IMG/VR virus record: IMGVR_UViG_3300030328_003618
Span: 6,738-70,737 of that record
Source of the DNA: a virus
Length of the DNA: 64,000 bases
Reading direction: 5' to 3' (one strand)
Positions within the stretch are counted from its first letter, which is position 1; each line of letters starts with the position of its first letter. Under the pieces are notes generated by a model. It was not told the origin of the DNA and ran no database searches. It was given only the letters and a program-made list of their open reading frames with translations. This document shows positions 8,946 to 17,050 of the stretch, in pieces. A program made the position numbers and the translations under genes.

Positions 8946-9161
8946 ATGGACAATTATTTAAAAGACTTAGAAGAAATGAGCGAGCGAGGTGCAGACTTTG
9001 CTGAATACTACCACAAATTACTTGATGGTGTAAAAGACCTACAAGACAATCAAAGAGCAATGTTTGTTTGGGTTTTGATGAACAAAATTAGAGAAATTGG
9101 TTATGAGAACGGAAATAGAGCGACAAAAGAAGCTATGATTAAATTTTTAAATTGCAGCTAA
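8946..9161 (+). CDS. cassette ORF A
   Basis: Stop TAA lies within CAGCTAAC, complementary to GTTAGCTG at 8896. Confidence 0.7.
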   Translation: MDNYLKDLEEMSERGADFAEYYHKLLDGVKDLQDNQRAMFVWVLMNKIREIGYENGNRATKEAMIKFLNCS

Positions 9162-9214
9162 CGTATTGTATAAAATGCGTTGAGGAACGAAATGAATTTT
9201 ATATGGTGTTATGC
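9156..9214 (+). repeat. attC-like site 1
   Basis: GCTAAC...gtataaaat/attttatat...GTTATGC; loop gaggaacga. Confidence 0.75.
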
Positions 9215-9238
9215 ACCTTTAATTTAAAACTAATTAAA

Positions 9239-9436
9239 ATGAAAAAAAGAGAACTATATAAATTAGAATTTGTAAAAAACACTGACAACAAATGTATAGC
9301 TGTAATCAGAACTGATAATAATTACGGATTGCAAGGTTATGTTTATTCTGATGGTAGAATAAGAAAAGATTACACACCTTACACTATACCAAACTACATA
9401 GTAGAGGAATGTATGGGTATGTTTAATGGTGCATAA
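9239..9436 (+). CDS. cassette ORF B
   Basis: MKKRELY...; ends in GGTGCATAAC, complementary to GTTATGCACC at 9208. Confidence 0.7.
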   Translation: MKKRELYKLEFVKNTDNKCIAVIRTDNNYGLQGYVYSDGRIRKDYTPYTIPNYIVEECMGMFNGA

Positions 9437-9491
9437 CGGTTTGGCTATGTGCTGAACGAGGAACGAGTATAGCATATAGCTAGTGTTATAT
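9431..9491 (+). repeat. attC-like site 2
   Basis: GCATAAC...gctatgtgct/agcatatagc...GTTATAT; loop gaggaacga. Confidence 0.75.
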
Positions 9492-9522
9492 GCTTTTTAT
9501 TAACAGATTAAAACAGATTAAA

Positions 9523-9720
9523 ATGAGATTTATAGCTTCGATAAAATGGTTAGATAACGGAAACATACAAGATGATATGATTCTAAAAATTGGGGACATA
9601 GAAGAAGACGATGACGACATTTTCTTCTACTTAGATTCTGAAAGAGAATTGGAAGAATTTAAAAAAGAGGGTGTTCACGATTGGATTATTCTTGATGCAG
9701 TTAAAGATAGTTGCATATAA
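9523..9720 (+). CDS. cassette ORF C (acidic)
   Basis: MRFIASIK...; ends in GCATATAAC, complementary to GTTATATGC at 9485. Confidence 0.7.
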   Translation: MRFIASIKWLDNGNIQDDMILKIGDIEEDDDDIFFYLDSERELEEFKKEGVHDWIILDAVKDSCI

Positions 9721-9809
9721 CGGATGAGTATATAAATAGTGGCGACTAAACGCAAAGATAGATGATGGCACTAACGATGCCGAGCCATTATTTATATACA
9801 TTGTTAGGC
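9715..9809 (+). repeat. attC-like site 3
   Basis: ATATAAC...gtatataaatagtggc/gccattatttatatac...GTTAGGC. Confidence 0.8.
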
Positions 9810-9829
9810 ATCTTTTAAACTTATTAGAT

Positions 9830-9991
9830 ATGTATTTTGTAAACCATTATGTTATTGATTGGACTAAAGTAAAAACACAAGAAGATGTAATTGCTATTTT
9901 AAAAAACCTACAATTAGCATTTGAAAACCCCTCTGAAGATTTAGAGAAACTTTGTGTTTTGGTAAATAAGCAGACAGGTGAAAAAGTTTAA
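9830..9991 (+). CDS. cassette ORF D (53 aa, not in ORF track)
   Basis: MYFVNHYVIDWTKVKTQEDVIAILKNL...; flanked by GTTAGGCA and TGCCTAAT. Confidence 0.65.
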   Translation: MYFVNHYVIDWTKVKTQEDVIAILKNLQLAFENPSEDLEKLCVLVNKQTGEKV

Positions 9992-9995
9992 TTGT

Positions 9996-10047
9996 GCCTA
10001 ATGGTATAAGCAAATACCGTTTAAATGGAATTTAATTAATGTTATAA
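9996..10047 (+). repeat. attC-like site 4 (degenerate)
   Basis: GCCTAAT...GTTATAA with a weak internal palindrome. Confidence 0.55.
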
Positions 10048-10058
10048 AAAGTAAAATT

Positions 10059-10238
10059 ATGGAACCAGAGGAAAAAAGAATGTTAAGAACAATGAGATAT
10101 ATGGCTTGGGAAAGAGCCAAAGGAGAGTTAAGGAGTATGTTAGAAACCTATTGGCACGATAATGATAAATATGGCATAATGAAAGAAGCCATAGATGAAT
10201 TTATTGATGATGTTCAAGGTCACGCAAAGCAAGAATAA
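10059..10238 (+). CDS. cassette ORF E (59 aa, not in ORF track)
   Basis: MEPEEKRMLRTMRYMAWERAKGEL...; flanked by a 20-nt imperfect IR gttataaaaagtaaaattat/ataattttattgtttataac. Confidence 0.65.
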   Translation: MEPEEKRMLRTMRYMAWERAKGELRSMLETYWHDNDKYGIMKEAIDEFIDDVQGHAKQE

Positions 10239-10247
10239 TTTTATTGT

Positions 10248-10441
10248 TTATAACGCTACAACTAAACACAGTTATTTTTAAAGATTTATTAAGATGAAAA
10301 GACCAAAACAAACAGATAAAGAATGTAGAAGGCAAGGAATGACAGATGTTCCAGTTGCTAATTACTCTAAAATGCAGGATAAGTATATTGATTACTTAGA
10401 AAAGAAACTTAAAAATAATGGTGTTTTAGATGATGTTATTA
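10248..10441 (+). repeat. attC-like site 5 (long; contains an ORF start)
   Basis: TTATAAC...ctaaacacagttattttt/aaaaataatggtgttttag...GTTATTA. Confidence 0.65.
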
Positions 10442-10560
10442 AACACCGTGAACTGTTAATTGGTTTTTATAGGCATTTCTATTCTGAAATAGGATGGATA
10501 ACACATGAGGATTCAGCTATTGAAACAATTGATAAATACTTAAAATCAATTAATGGTTAA
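10294..10560 (+). CDS. ORF F, read across the attC-like junction
   Basis: Starts in the site 5 loop; GTT at 10435 is an in-frame Val. Confidence 0.65.
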   Translation: MKRPKQTDKECRRQGMTDVPVANYSKMQDKYIDYLEKKLKNNGVLDDVIKHRELLIGFYRHFYSEIGWITHEDSAIETIDKYLKSING

Positions 10561-10685
10561 TAATGGTAAGGCTATGATTAGTGCCATTTAAAATAAATAA
10601 ATTATGGAATACGAACTAAAAAGAATAGAAGCACCAAAAATTGAGGGTATGGATGAAATGGCATTAAATATAGCCAATGTTACCC
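10558..10685 (+). repeat. attC-like site 6 (long; contains an ORF start)
   Basis: TAATAAT...ggctatgattagtgccattt/aaatggcattaaatatagcc...GTTACCC. Confidence 0.7.
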
Positions 10686-10924
10686 AACGTTTTATTTCTG
10701 AGGTGCAAAAACAAGAAGAGGAACTATTTACAACTGCTTTACGAACTATGGCAGAACCTCCAATAAAAGGTGAAATAACGAAGGGAAAAATAAGGTGGAG
10801 AGGAATTAGAATAATAAGGCAACAAATAGGACTTGACTCTTATAGTTGGTTAGAGCAAAGAGGTAAACAAATAAGTCCTAAATTTCACATAGGAGCAAAG
10901 TTGCCTGACTTAAATGTTGGGTAA
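10604..10924 (+). CDS. ORF G, read across the attC-like junction
   Basis: Starts in the site 6 loop; GTT at 10679 is in frame; ends in AAATGTTGGGTAAC, complementary to GTTACCCAACGTTT. Confidence 0.7.
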   Translation: MEYELKRIEAPKIEGMDEMALNIANVTQRFISEVQKQEEELFTTALRTMAEPPIKGEITKGKIRWRGIRIIRQQIGLDSYSWLEQRGKQISPKFHIGAKLPDLNVG

Positions 10925-10984
10925 CGCCCCTTGTATGGTGGCGTATGGAATGCAATGAAATATGCACTATACAAATTGTTGTGT
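10919..10984 (+). repeat. attC-like site 7
   Basis: GGGTAAC...ttgtatggtg/cactatacaa...GTTGTGT. Confidence 0.75.
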
Positions 10985-11020
10985 GTAGTGTGGATTATTA
11001 ACAGATAAAAACTAATTGAA

Positions 11021-11197
11021 ATGAAAAAGTACATTCTAAAAGAATTAAAATACGGTTCTTATTTTCTTGATTTAAAAATGGGATGGGGTGAAGATATAAA
11101 TTTAGCTTTATTTTTTGATAGCGTTGAAGATGCTGAACGAGAGATGGAAAAACAATCAAGCGGTATTTATACTGTTATAACTATTTACATGAAATAG
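11021..11197 (+). CDS. cassette ORF H (58 aa, not in ORF track)
   Basis: MKKYILKELKYGSYF...; flanked by GTTGTGTGTAGTG and CATTACACACAAC. Confidence 0.65.
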   Translation: MKKYILKELKYGSYFLDLKMGWGEDINLALFFDSVEDAEREMEKQSSGIYTVITIYMK

Positions 11198-11203
11198 CAT
11201 TAC

Positions 11204-11255
11204 ACACAACGGTTTGAGTATGGAGCGTTTTAATGCTCTATACTTAGTGTTATGT
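11204..11255 (+). repeat. attC-like site 8
   Basis: ACACAAC...gagtatggagcgtt/aatgctctatactt...GTTATGT. Confidence 0.8.
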
Positions 11256-11275
11256 ACTTTTAATATAAGGAATAT

Positions 11276-11473
11276 ATGAAAGCAAGAGATTTAATAAAAG
11301 AATTGGAAAAACACCCAGATTGGGAAGTTACGGTAAGCGTTGATATTTCAACAAATGAGGATGAAAATGATAGACGAGCATTTGGTGAGCAAATAATAGA
11401 AGTTATAAATGAAAATAGTAGTAACCAATTTACTATATGTTTTGATGGTTATGATAACTATAATTGTACATAA
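11276..11473 (+). CDS. cassette ORF I
   Basis: Ends in GTACATAAC, complementary to GTTATGTAC at 11249. Confidence 0.7.
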   Translation: MKARDLIKELEKHPDWEVTVSVDISTNEDENDRRAFGEQIIEVINENSSNQFTICFDGYDNYNCT

Positions 11474-11537
11474 CATCCTTGTAAACGAGCTTGAGCGACA
11501 GTCGAGGTACGAGATTGCGTTTACAATACTGTTATAT
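11468..11537 (+). repeat. attC-like site 9
   Basis: ACATAAC...ttgtaaacg/cgtttacaa...GTTATAT; loop gaggtacga. Confidence 0.75.
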
Positions 11538-11579
11538 TTTTAAGACACATACCCTATGTGTCTTGATTATTTATAATCC

Positions 11580-11587
11580 TATATTTG
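11580..11587 (+). promoter_or_regulatory. possible Bacteroidota primary-sigma -7 element (TAnnTTTG)
   Basis: TATATTTG 30 nt upstream of the P-II start; a short motif in AT-rich DNA. Confidence 0.4.
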
Positions 11588-11616
11588 CAGTATTATTTAA
11601 TTAAATCAATTATTTT

Positions 11617-11955
11617 ATGAAAAAAGTTGAAACCATCATCAGAAAATCTCAATTCGATGATGTGAAATCGGCTCTCATGAACGTTAAGGTAACTTTCTTT
11701 AGTTATTGGGACGTGACTGGTGTCGGTAATGAGAAAATTGGTAACGTCTACAGAGGTGTTGAGTACAATACATCTGATATTCAAAGACGATACCTATCAA
11801 TAGTTGTATCTGATGAATTTTTAGATAGAACTGTAAAAGCTATTCTTGATTCTGCTTATACTGGCAAAGTTGGAGATGGTAAAATATTTGTAAGTGATAT
11901 CCAAGAAGCATATCGCATCAGAACTCGTGAAAGAGGAAACCAAACGCTTAATTAA
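11617..11955 (+). CDS. glnK: P-II nitrogen regulatory protein
   Basis: 112 aa; MKKVETIIR, T-loop YRGVEY, TGKVGDGKIFVS; adjacent to amt. Confidence 0.95.
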   Translation: MKKVETIIRKSQFDDVKSALMNVKVTFFSYWDVTGVGNEKIGNVYRGVEYNTSDIQRRYLSIVVSDEFLDRTVKAILDSAYTGKVGDGKIFVSDIQEAYRIRTRERGNQTLN

Positions 11956-11956
11956 T

Positions 11957-13183
11957 ATGGAAATGTTAACGGTAAACAACGTATGGATGATGATATGCAC
12001 TGGATTAGTGTTTTTCATGCACCTTGGTTTTTCATTCTTAGAGATTGGATTAACTAGACAAAAGAATACTATCAATATTTTATTCAAGAACATCTTCATA
12101 ATTTGTATGGGGCTTCTTGTTTATTACATTGGTGGTTTTAACCTAATGTATCCTGGATTTTCTGAAGGGGATTTAGGTATCTTAAAGTTTGCAGGATTTG
12201 GAATTGATGCTCCTGTAAATGGTATGACTGCTGAATACGCTAGTGGAGGATATACTTGGTGGACAGATTTCTTGTTTCAAGGTATGTTTGCAGCTACTGC
12301 TGCAACTATTGTAAGTGGAGCTGTAGCAGAACGTATCAAGCTAACGAGCTTCATGCTATTTAGTTTTATCTATGTAGGATTTGTATACCCTATAGTAGGT
12401 AGCTGGAAATGGGGAGGAGGATTCTTAGATAGTCTAGGATTCTACGACTTCGCAGGTTCTACATTAGTACATTCAGTCGGTGGATGGGCTGCTTTAGTAG
12501 CTGTATGGTTACTTGGAGCTAGATTAGGTAAGTTTAATAAAGGCAAAGCTATTCCAATATTTGGTCATAACATTCCTTTTGCTACGGCAGGAGTATTAAT
12601 ATTGTGGCTAGGTTGGTTTGGTTTTAATGGAGGGAGTGTACTTAGTGCAGACCCTACATTAACTAGTTTAACTTTAGTAACAACTTGCTTAGCCGCTGCC
12701 GCAGGAGGAATAGGGGCTGCTATTACATCTTATATTAAAGATAGTAGTTTTGACTTATCCATGTTCTTAAATGGAATCTTAGGAGGTCTTGTAGCTATTA
12801 CAGCAGGAGCAGACCAAATGAGTCCTAATGAATCTGTAGTAATAGGATTAATTGGAGGTATACTTGTAGTTCTTGTTGTAAATCTGTTAGACAAACTTAA
12901 ATTAGATGATCCGGTAGGAGCTATTGCAGTTCACTTAGGTTGTGGAATTTGGGGAACTTTAGCTGTAGGTATCTTTGGTAACATGGCAGGATTCAATCAG
13001 TTCCTAACACAGCTTTCAGGAGTTTGCATAATTGGAGCTTTCTGCTTAATCTCTTCATTCATAATTCTTTTTATCATTAAGAAGACTATGGGGCTTAGAG
13101 TTTCTAGAGAAGAAGAACTTGAAGGACTAGACACAGCAGAACATAAAATGTCAGCTTATCCTGACTTTAGACTTAAATCTTAA
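11957..13183 (+). CDS. amtB: ammonium transporter (Amt family)
   Basis: FQGMFAATAATIVSGAVAER, DFAGSTLVH, LWLGWFGFNGGS, LDDPVGAIAVH (twin His retained); start re-assigned to MEMLTV. Confidence 0.97.
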   Translation: MEMLTVNNVWMMICTGLVFFMHLGFSFLEIGLTRQKNTINILFKNIFIICMGLLVYYIGGFNLMYPGFSEGDLGILKFAGFGIDAPVNGMTAEYASGGYTWWTDFLFQGMFAATAATIVSGAVAERIKLTSFMLFSFIYVGFVYPIVGSWKWGGGFLDSLGFYDFAGSTLVHSVGGWAALVAVWLLGARLGKFNKGKAIPIFGHNIPFATAGVLILWLGWFGFNGGSVLSADPTLTSLTLVTTCLAAAAGGIGAAITSYIKDSSFDLSMFLNGILGGLVAITAGADQMSPNESVVIGLIGGILVVLVVNLLDKLKLDDPVGAIAVHLGCGIWGTLAVGIFGNMAGFNQFLTQLSGVCIIGAFCLISSFIILFIIKKTMGLRVSREEELEGLDTAEHKMSAYPDFRLKS

Positions 13184-13193
13184 TTTTAAAAAA

Positions 13194-14153
13194 ATGAAAT
13201 ATATATTTTTATTATTGGCACTTATTACTACAGTGTCTTACGGACAAGACAACACTAAATCAGTTTCTTTTGAAGGTAGTTTAGATGTTTATTACAGAAG
13301 GAATTTAAGCACAGCAAATACAGAAGTAGCACCAGCTACTTCTTTTGCTAACCTAAATGGATTCTCTCTTGGAATGTTTAATTTAATAAGTAGTTACGAT
13401 ACAAAAAATACTGGGTTTGTAGCAGACTTAGTATTTGGACCAAGAGGTGAAGATGCAGTATTTTTATCAAGTGGAAACTCAAGCATTATCAATCAGCTAT
13501 ATGCTTATTGGGATGTTAGCGACAATGTTACCTTGACGATGGGTAACTTCAATACCTTTCTAGGTTACGAAGTAATATCTCCTACTGGAAACTTTAACTA
13601 TTCTACTAGTTATATGTTTTCATATGGACCATTTTCTCATAGTGGATTAAAGGCAGACATCAAACTAGCAAGTGATTTCACTTTTATGTTAGCTGTTTTA
13701 AATGCTACTGATGAAACGGAATTTAATTCTTCAAACTTCAGTACACTTGGAACGCAATTAGCTTATAAGAACACTTATTTAAACGCTATTTATGGTAAAC
13801 AAAGCCCAACTTCTGAAGCTACTTTTCAAGTAGATTTAACTGGTTGTTATGATTTATCTAAAAAGTTTTATTTAGGAATTAATAGTACCTATAACGATAC
13901 TGAAGGAGATGGATTTTATGGCGTTGCTTTATATCCTCAATATTCATTTGGTAAACTAAAAGCTGGAATTAGAACAGAATATTTTTCTGATAAAGTTTCT
14001 GATGTTATAAACTTAACAAGCACTTTAGATTATACAATTGAGAATTTAAATCTAAAACTAGAATATAGATTTGATAAATCTAGTGATGTAGTATTTGAGC
14101 AAAAAGATAACCTATCTAGCGTTATTCTAGCCGCAATTTACTCTTTTAATTAA
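13194..14153 (+). CDS. outer-membrane beta-barrel porin, Bacteroidota amt-associated type
   Basis: Signal peptide, amphipathic strands, GNFNTFLGYE..NFNYS motif, C-terminal YSF. Confidence 0.8.
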   Translation: MKYIFLLLALITTVSYGQDNTKSVSFEGSLDVYYRRNLSTANTEVAPATSFANLNGFSLGMFNLISSYDTKNTGFVADLVFGPRGEDAVFLSSGNSSIINQLYAYWDVSDNVTLTMGNFNTFLGYEVISPTGNFNYSTSYMFSYGPFSHSGLKADIKLASDFTFMLAVLNATDETEFNSSNFSTLGTQLAYKNTYLNAIYGKQSPTSEATFQVDLTGCYDLSKKFYLGINSTYNDTEGDGFYGVALYPQYSFGKLKAGIRTEYFSDKVSDVINLTSTLDYTIENLNLKLEYRFDKSSDVVFEQKDNLSSVILAAIYSFN

Positions 14154-14218
14154 ATTTATTTTTTTACCAAAACACTTTCTTTCCCCTTGTGTTTTGGTTA
14201 TTTTAAATTTATTTAATT

Positions 14219-15115
14219 ATGGAAAATCAAATTAACGAAGCTCAAAGCAAAGGACAAATGGTAATGGATTTGTTAGAGCAACATGATTTATTCTGGGAGG
14301 TAAGGAAAGAAAAGCTTTACACAAGAGAAGGAATTGAGTCTAAGCATGTTTCTGTTCGCAGGACTGATGTAGACACAGAGTTTATGGCTTGTAAAGACAG
14401 TTATGAAATATTTCAAAACTGGGATTTAGCAGAATTAACTCATGAAATCTCCACAAAATTAGGAGGTGATATAGTAAAAGGAGGTTTGTTGCAAAAAGGA
14501 CGTAAAGTCTTTATGCAGATTGATAGTGGTACAATTAAAAATATTGGTCAGAATAACGATCAGATTGATAAATACATAACTATAACTAATAGTCATGATG
14601 GTAGTTCGGGAGTAGGTCTTGGAATGACTAACAAAACTATTAGTTGTTCTAATGTCTTTCATAAGGCTTATAGAGATTTAAATCATAAAGTAAGACATAC
14701 TAAAACTATGCGTGAAAAAATTGACGCTATTATGTTTGGTATGGATGATTTTAAAAATTCTGAATTAAACCTTTATGATACATTTAGAAGAATGAGTGAT
14801 GTAAAAGTTGAACCTAATCATATTAAGAATTTAGTTAAAAGTCTACTAGGTGTTGATTTAGATATGAAAGCACAAGAGGCTCAAGAAACTTTTTCTAAAA
14901 ACGCTCTTAATAAAGCAAAGAATTTAACTATTCGTATTGCTGAAGAAACTGCTCAAAAAGGTCAAACTTTATGGGGATTATTTTCAGGTGTAACTTCTTA
15001 CACCAATAGAGATTTACCAGGAAATAAAGATTTAATGGAAAGCAAAATGATAGGTTCTGGTCAAAAACTAGACAATAAAGCATTTAGCGAAATCTCTAAA
15101 TTAGTTTATTCTTAA
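14219..15115 (+). CDS. DUF932/DUF945-like phage/plasmid protein
   Basis: NSHDGSS, ISCSN, KVRHT and TLWGLFSGVTSY motifs. Confidence 0.85.
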   Translation: MENQINEAQSKGQMVMDLLEQHDLFWEVRKEKLYTREGIESKHVSVRRTDVDTEFMACKDSYEIFQNWDLAELTHEISTKLGGDIVKGGLLQKGRKVFMQIDSGTIKNIGQNNDQIDKYITITNSHDGSSGVGLGMTNKTISCSNVFHKAYRDLNHKVRHTKTMREKIDAIMFGMDDFKNSELNLYDTFRRMSDVKVEPNHIKNLVKSLLGVDLDMKAQEAQETFSKNALNKAKNLTIRIAEETAQKGQTLWGLFSGVTSYTNRDLPGNKDLMESKMIGSGQKLDNKAFSEISKLVYS

Positions 15116-15173
15116 TTATCAAAAGCCACGATGGGTATATCCCGTTGTGGCTTGATAATTAAAAATTTAAACT

Positions 15174-15782
15174 ATGATTTTTACACAAATTTTAGAGAAG
15201 TTAGACAACTTAGATGTTGTCGTAACATTTAAGAAGCTTGGAGATGAATTTACTGTTTCAGTATTGCCAAAACCAAGAACTTCTGATGAAAGCTCAAAGC
15301 TAATTGTTCCATTTATTGTAACTGGTACTAATATACCTAGCATAATAGATGAAATCAGTAAAGCCTTAGAAAGTCAATTAACTCAAATTTCGGAAGTAAC
15401 TACCAACATGAATGCTTTTATCGATTCAGCAGAAAAAATGAAAGCAGAATCAAAAATGGAGGAAGAGAAGAAAAAGAAACAAAAATCTCTTGACGAAAAA
15501 GTAAAAAAGAAATTAGAAAATTTCGACAAATTAATCGACGAGAAATCTTTTAAGGAAGCACAAAAGCTAATCGATAGTGCGTTTAAAATAGACGCAGAAA
15601 GCTCGTTAGCCAAGTCGTGTAAACAGAAACTTGATGACAACAACAAAAGTATTGGATTGTTCCAAGAACAAGCTTATACAGCACCAGCGCAACCAAAAGT
15701 TAATGAACCAAAACCATTAAGTCCTGACCAAATAGAGGCTATGATGGAAGATAGATATCGAAAATTAAATTTCAATGGCTAA
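15174..15782 (+). CDS. PRTRC system protein E-like
   Basis: FTVSVLPK...PFIVTGT N-terminus plus coiled tail; gene context. Confidence 0.75.
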   Translation: MIFTQILEKLDNLDVVVTFKKLGDEFTVSVLPKPRTSDESSKLIVPFIVTGTNIPSIIDEISKALESQLTQISEVTTNMNAFIDSAEKMKAESKMEEEKKKKQKSLDEKVKKKLENFDKLIDEKSFKEAQKLIDSAFKIDAESSLAKSCKQKLDDNNKSIGLFQEQAYTAPAQPKVNEPKPLSPDQIEAMMEDRYRKLNFNG

Positions 15783-15981
15783 AACTGAAAGATTAGAAAG
15801 AGTATTTAAGTTCAAGGAACTTACTCTTGCAGACCCAAATCAGAACTTTACATTAAAGCAAGTGTTAGATTTTTACGCTAACTCTTATCCTGAATTAGTA
15901 AATTCTCATTTATCAGAACCTAATGTTGTAAACAATAAAATTGAATACACATTTGAAACTAAAATAGGAACTAAGGGATGA
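15775..15981 (+). CDS. PRTRC system protein C (prokaryotic ubiquitin-like)
   Basis: LERVFKF..LADP...VLDFYANSYPEL...F..KIGTKG C-terminus. Confidence 0.9.
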   Translation: MAKTERLERVFKFKELTLADPNQNFTLKQVLDFYANSYPELVNSHLSEPNVVNNKIEYTFETKIGTKG

Positions 15982-16181
15982 GTTATTTAATGGAAAAAGT
16001 TTATAGGTCACTTCCAGATGAAGTAATAAAAACTGTAAGAAGAATATGCAGAAGGGAAAAGAAAAACCACGTTATATTGGACAATGCGTTACATACGACA
16101 ATATGCCGAAGAGTGCTCAACGAATCAGAAAGAGAAAAACGTATAAAGGTTCCGAAAGGAACCTCACGTTTTACCCTGTAA
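15978..16181 (+). CDS. small hypothetical protein within the PRTRC cassette
   Basis: Coupled to protein C (ATGA overlap); overlaps the next ORF. Confidence 0.4.
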   Translation: MSYLMEKVYRSLPDEVIKTVRRICRREKKNHVILDNALHTTICRRVLNESEREKRIKVPKGTSRFTL

Positions 16182-17050
16182 TATCTGTAATTGATAAATA
16201 TCGCATATTTAAGATAGACAATGTTTTTCTTTCTTTATTAAGCATATTAAACAAACATACAGAAATTGATTTAAAAGAAATAAATAGTTTTAATCAAGAT
16301 CAGTTGATAAGTTTTCTGAATTTAAAAATGAACAATCTTCTTAAAGATGAAAGGGAATTTTATAATTTTGATAACATAACTTTTAATGGAAAGTCAATTA
16401 TACTTTATTCTGAAGAATCAGAAATGGGTAATTGCTTTACATTAGATTGTATTCATAATGTTGATGACGAAAACCTTAAAAAAATTGTAAGGTATGTTGT
16501 AGGAGCTTTAATTATAAAATATAAGTTTCCTACAATGAGTAGTTTTTTTGATAGCACAGTAGAGTATTATTTTAGTGCCGATAATGAAAATTTAGAAGTA
16601 GATGGTACTGAAGATGAATATAGGTTATCGTTTAACAAAGAAATAAATTTATGTATAAATGAATTTATTAATGGAAACAACGATTGGCATCATGAATACA
16701 TAATGGAAATGCCAAATCATACTGCTCAAGTAAAAATTATTTTAGAATTGATTAATCATTATAAAACTTATAGTTGTAATGATTTTTCTTTTGATTTGTT
16801 ACTTTATGATGAATTAACAAATGATAATGAAGAAAGCATTTCTTACGAAAACTACAATTGTATTTTACCAAAAAACGATTCTGTTTTTAACGAATATGAA
16901 GTTCATTTAAACGATTATTGGAATAATTATAAATTTCAATCTCTTGTTTATAAGAAAGAATATTCTTTAGATGGAATCAAAAGCACGATAAAATATAATG
17001 ATACATATAATTACATTAAAAAAATAATATCCATTTTATGGAAGATTTAG
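16046..17050 (+). CDS. acidic protein in the PRTRC protein-F position
   Basis: Located between C and B; start uncertain; assignment by synteny only. Confidence 0.5.
   Translation: MQKGKEKPRYIGQCVTYDNMPKSAQRIRKRKTYKGSERNLTFYPVISVIDKYRIFKIDNVFLSLLSILNKHTEIDLKEINSFNQDQLISFLNLKMNNLLKDEREFYNFDNITFNGKSIILYSEESEMGNCFTLDCIHNVDDENLKKIVRYVVGALIIKYKFPTMSSFFDSTVEYYFSADNENLEVDGTEDEYRLSFNKEINLCINEFINGNNDWHHEYIMEMPNHTAQVKIILELINHYKTYSCNDFSFDLLLYDELTNDNEESISYENYNCILPKNDSVFNEYEVHLNDYWNNYKFQSLVYKKEYSLDGIKSTIKYNDTYNYIKKIISILWKI

Larger units (their letters stand above)
8846..11537 (+). mobile_element. integron-like cassette array (CALIN-like): 10 attC-like sites, 9 cassettes, no integrase in window
   Basis: Repeated (T)AAC...palindrome...GTT sites; each cassette's 5' GTT-end is the reverse complement of its own 3' AAC-end. 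Confidence 0.8.

Noticed and set aside
9152-9238. Extended start of ORF 9152-9436, and similar TTG starts inside the promoter-like motif
   Set aside because: These starts fall within attC-like or motif sequence; downstream ATGs with AT-rich leaders are more plausible.
8846-11537. CRISPR array interpretation of the periodic palindromes
   Set aside because: The repeats are not identical, the intervening segments are 130-270 nt and encode ORFs, and no cas genes are present.
11531-14160. glnK-amtB-porin as one giant cassette after the last attC-like site
   Set aside because: No complement of GTTATATTTT and no attC-like palindrome follow the porin gene.
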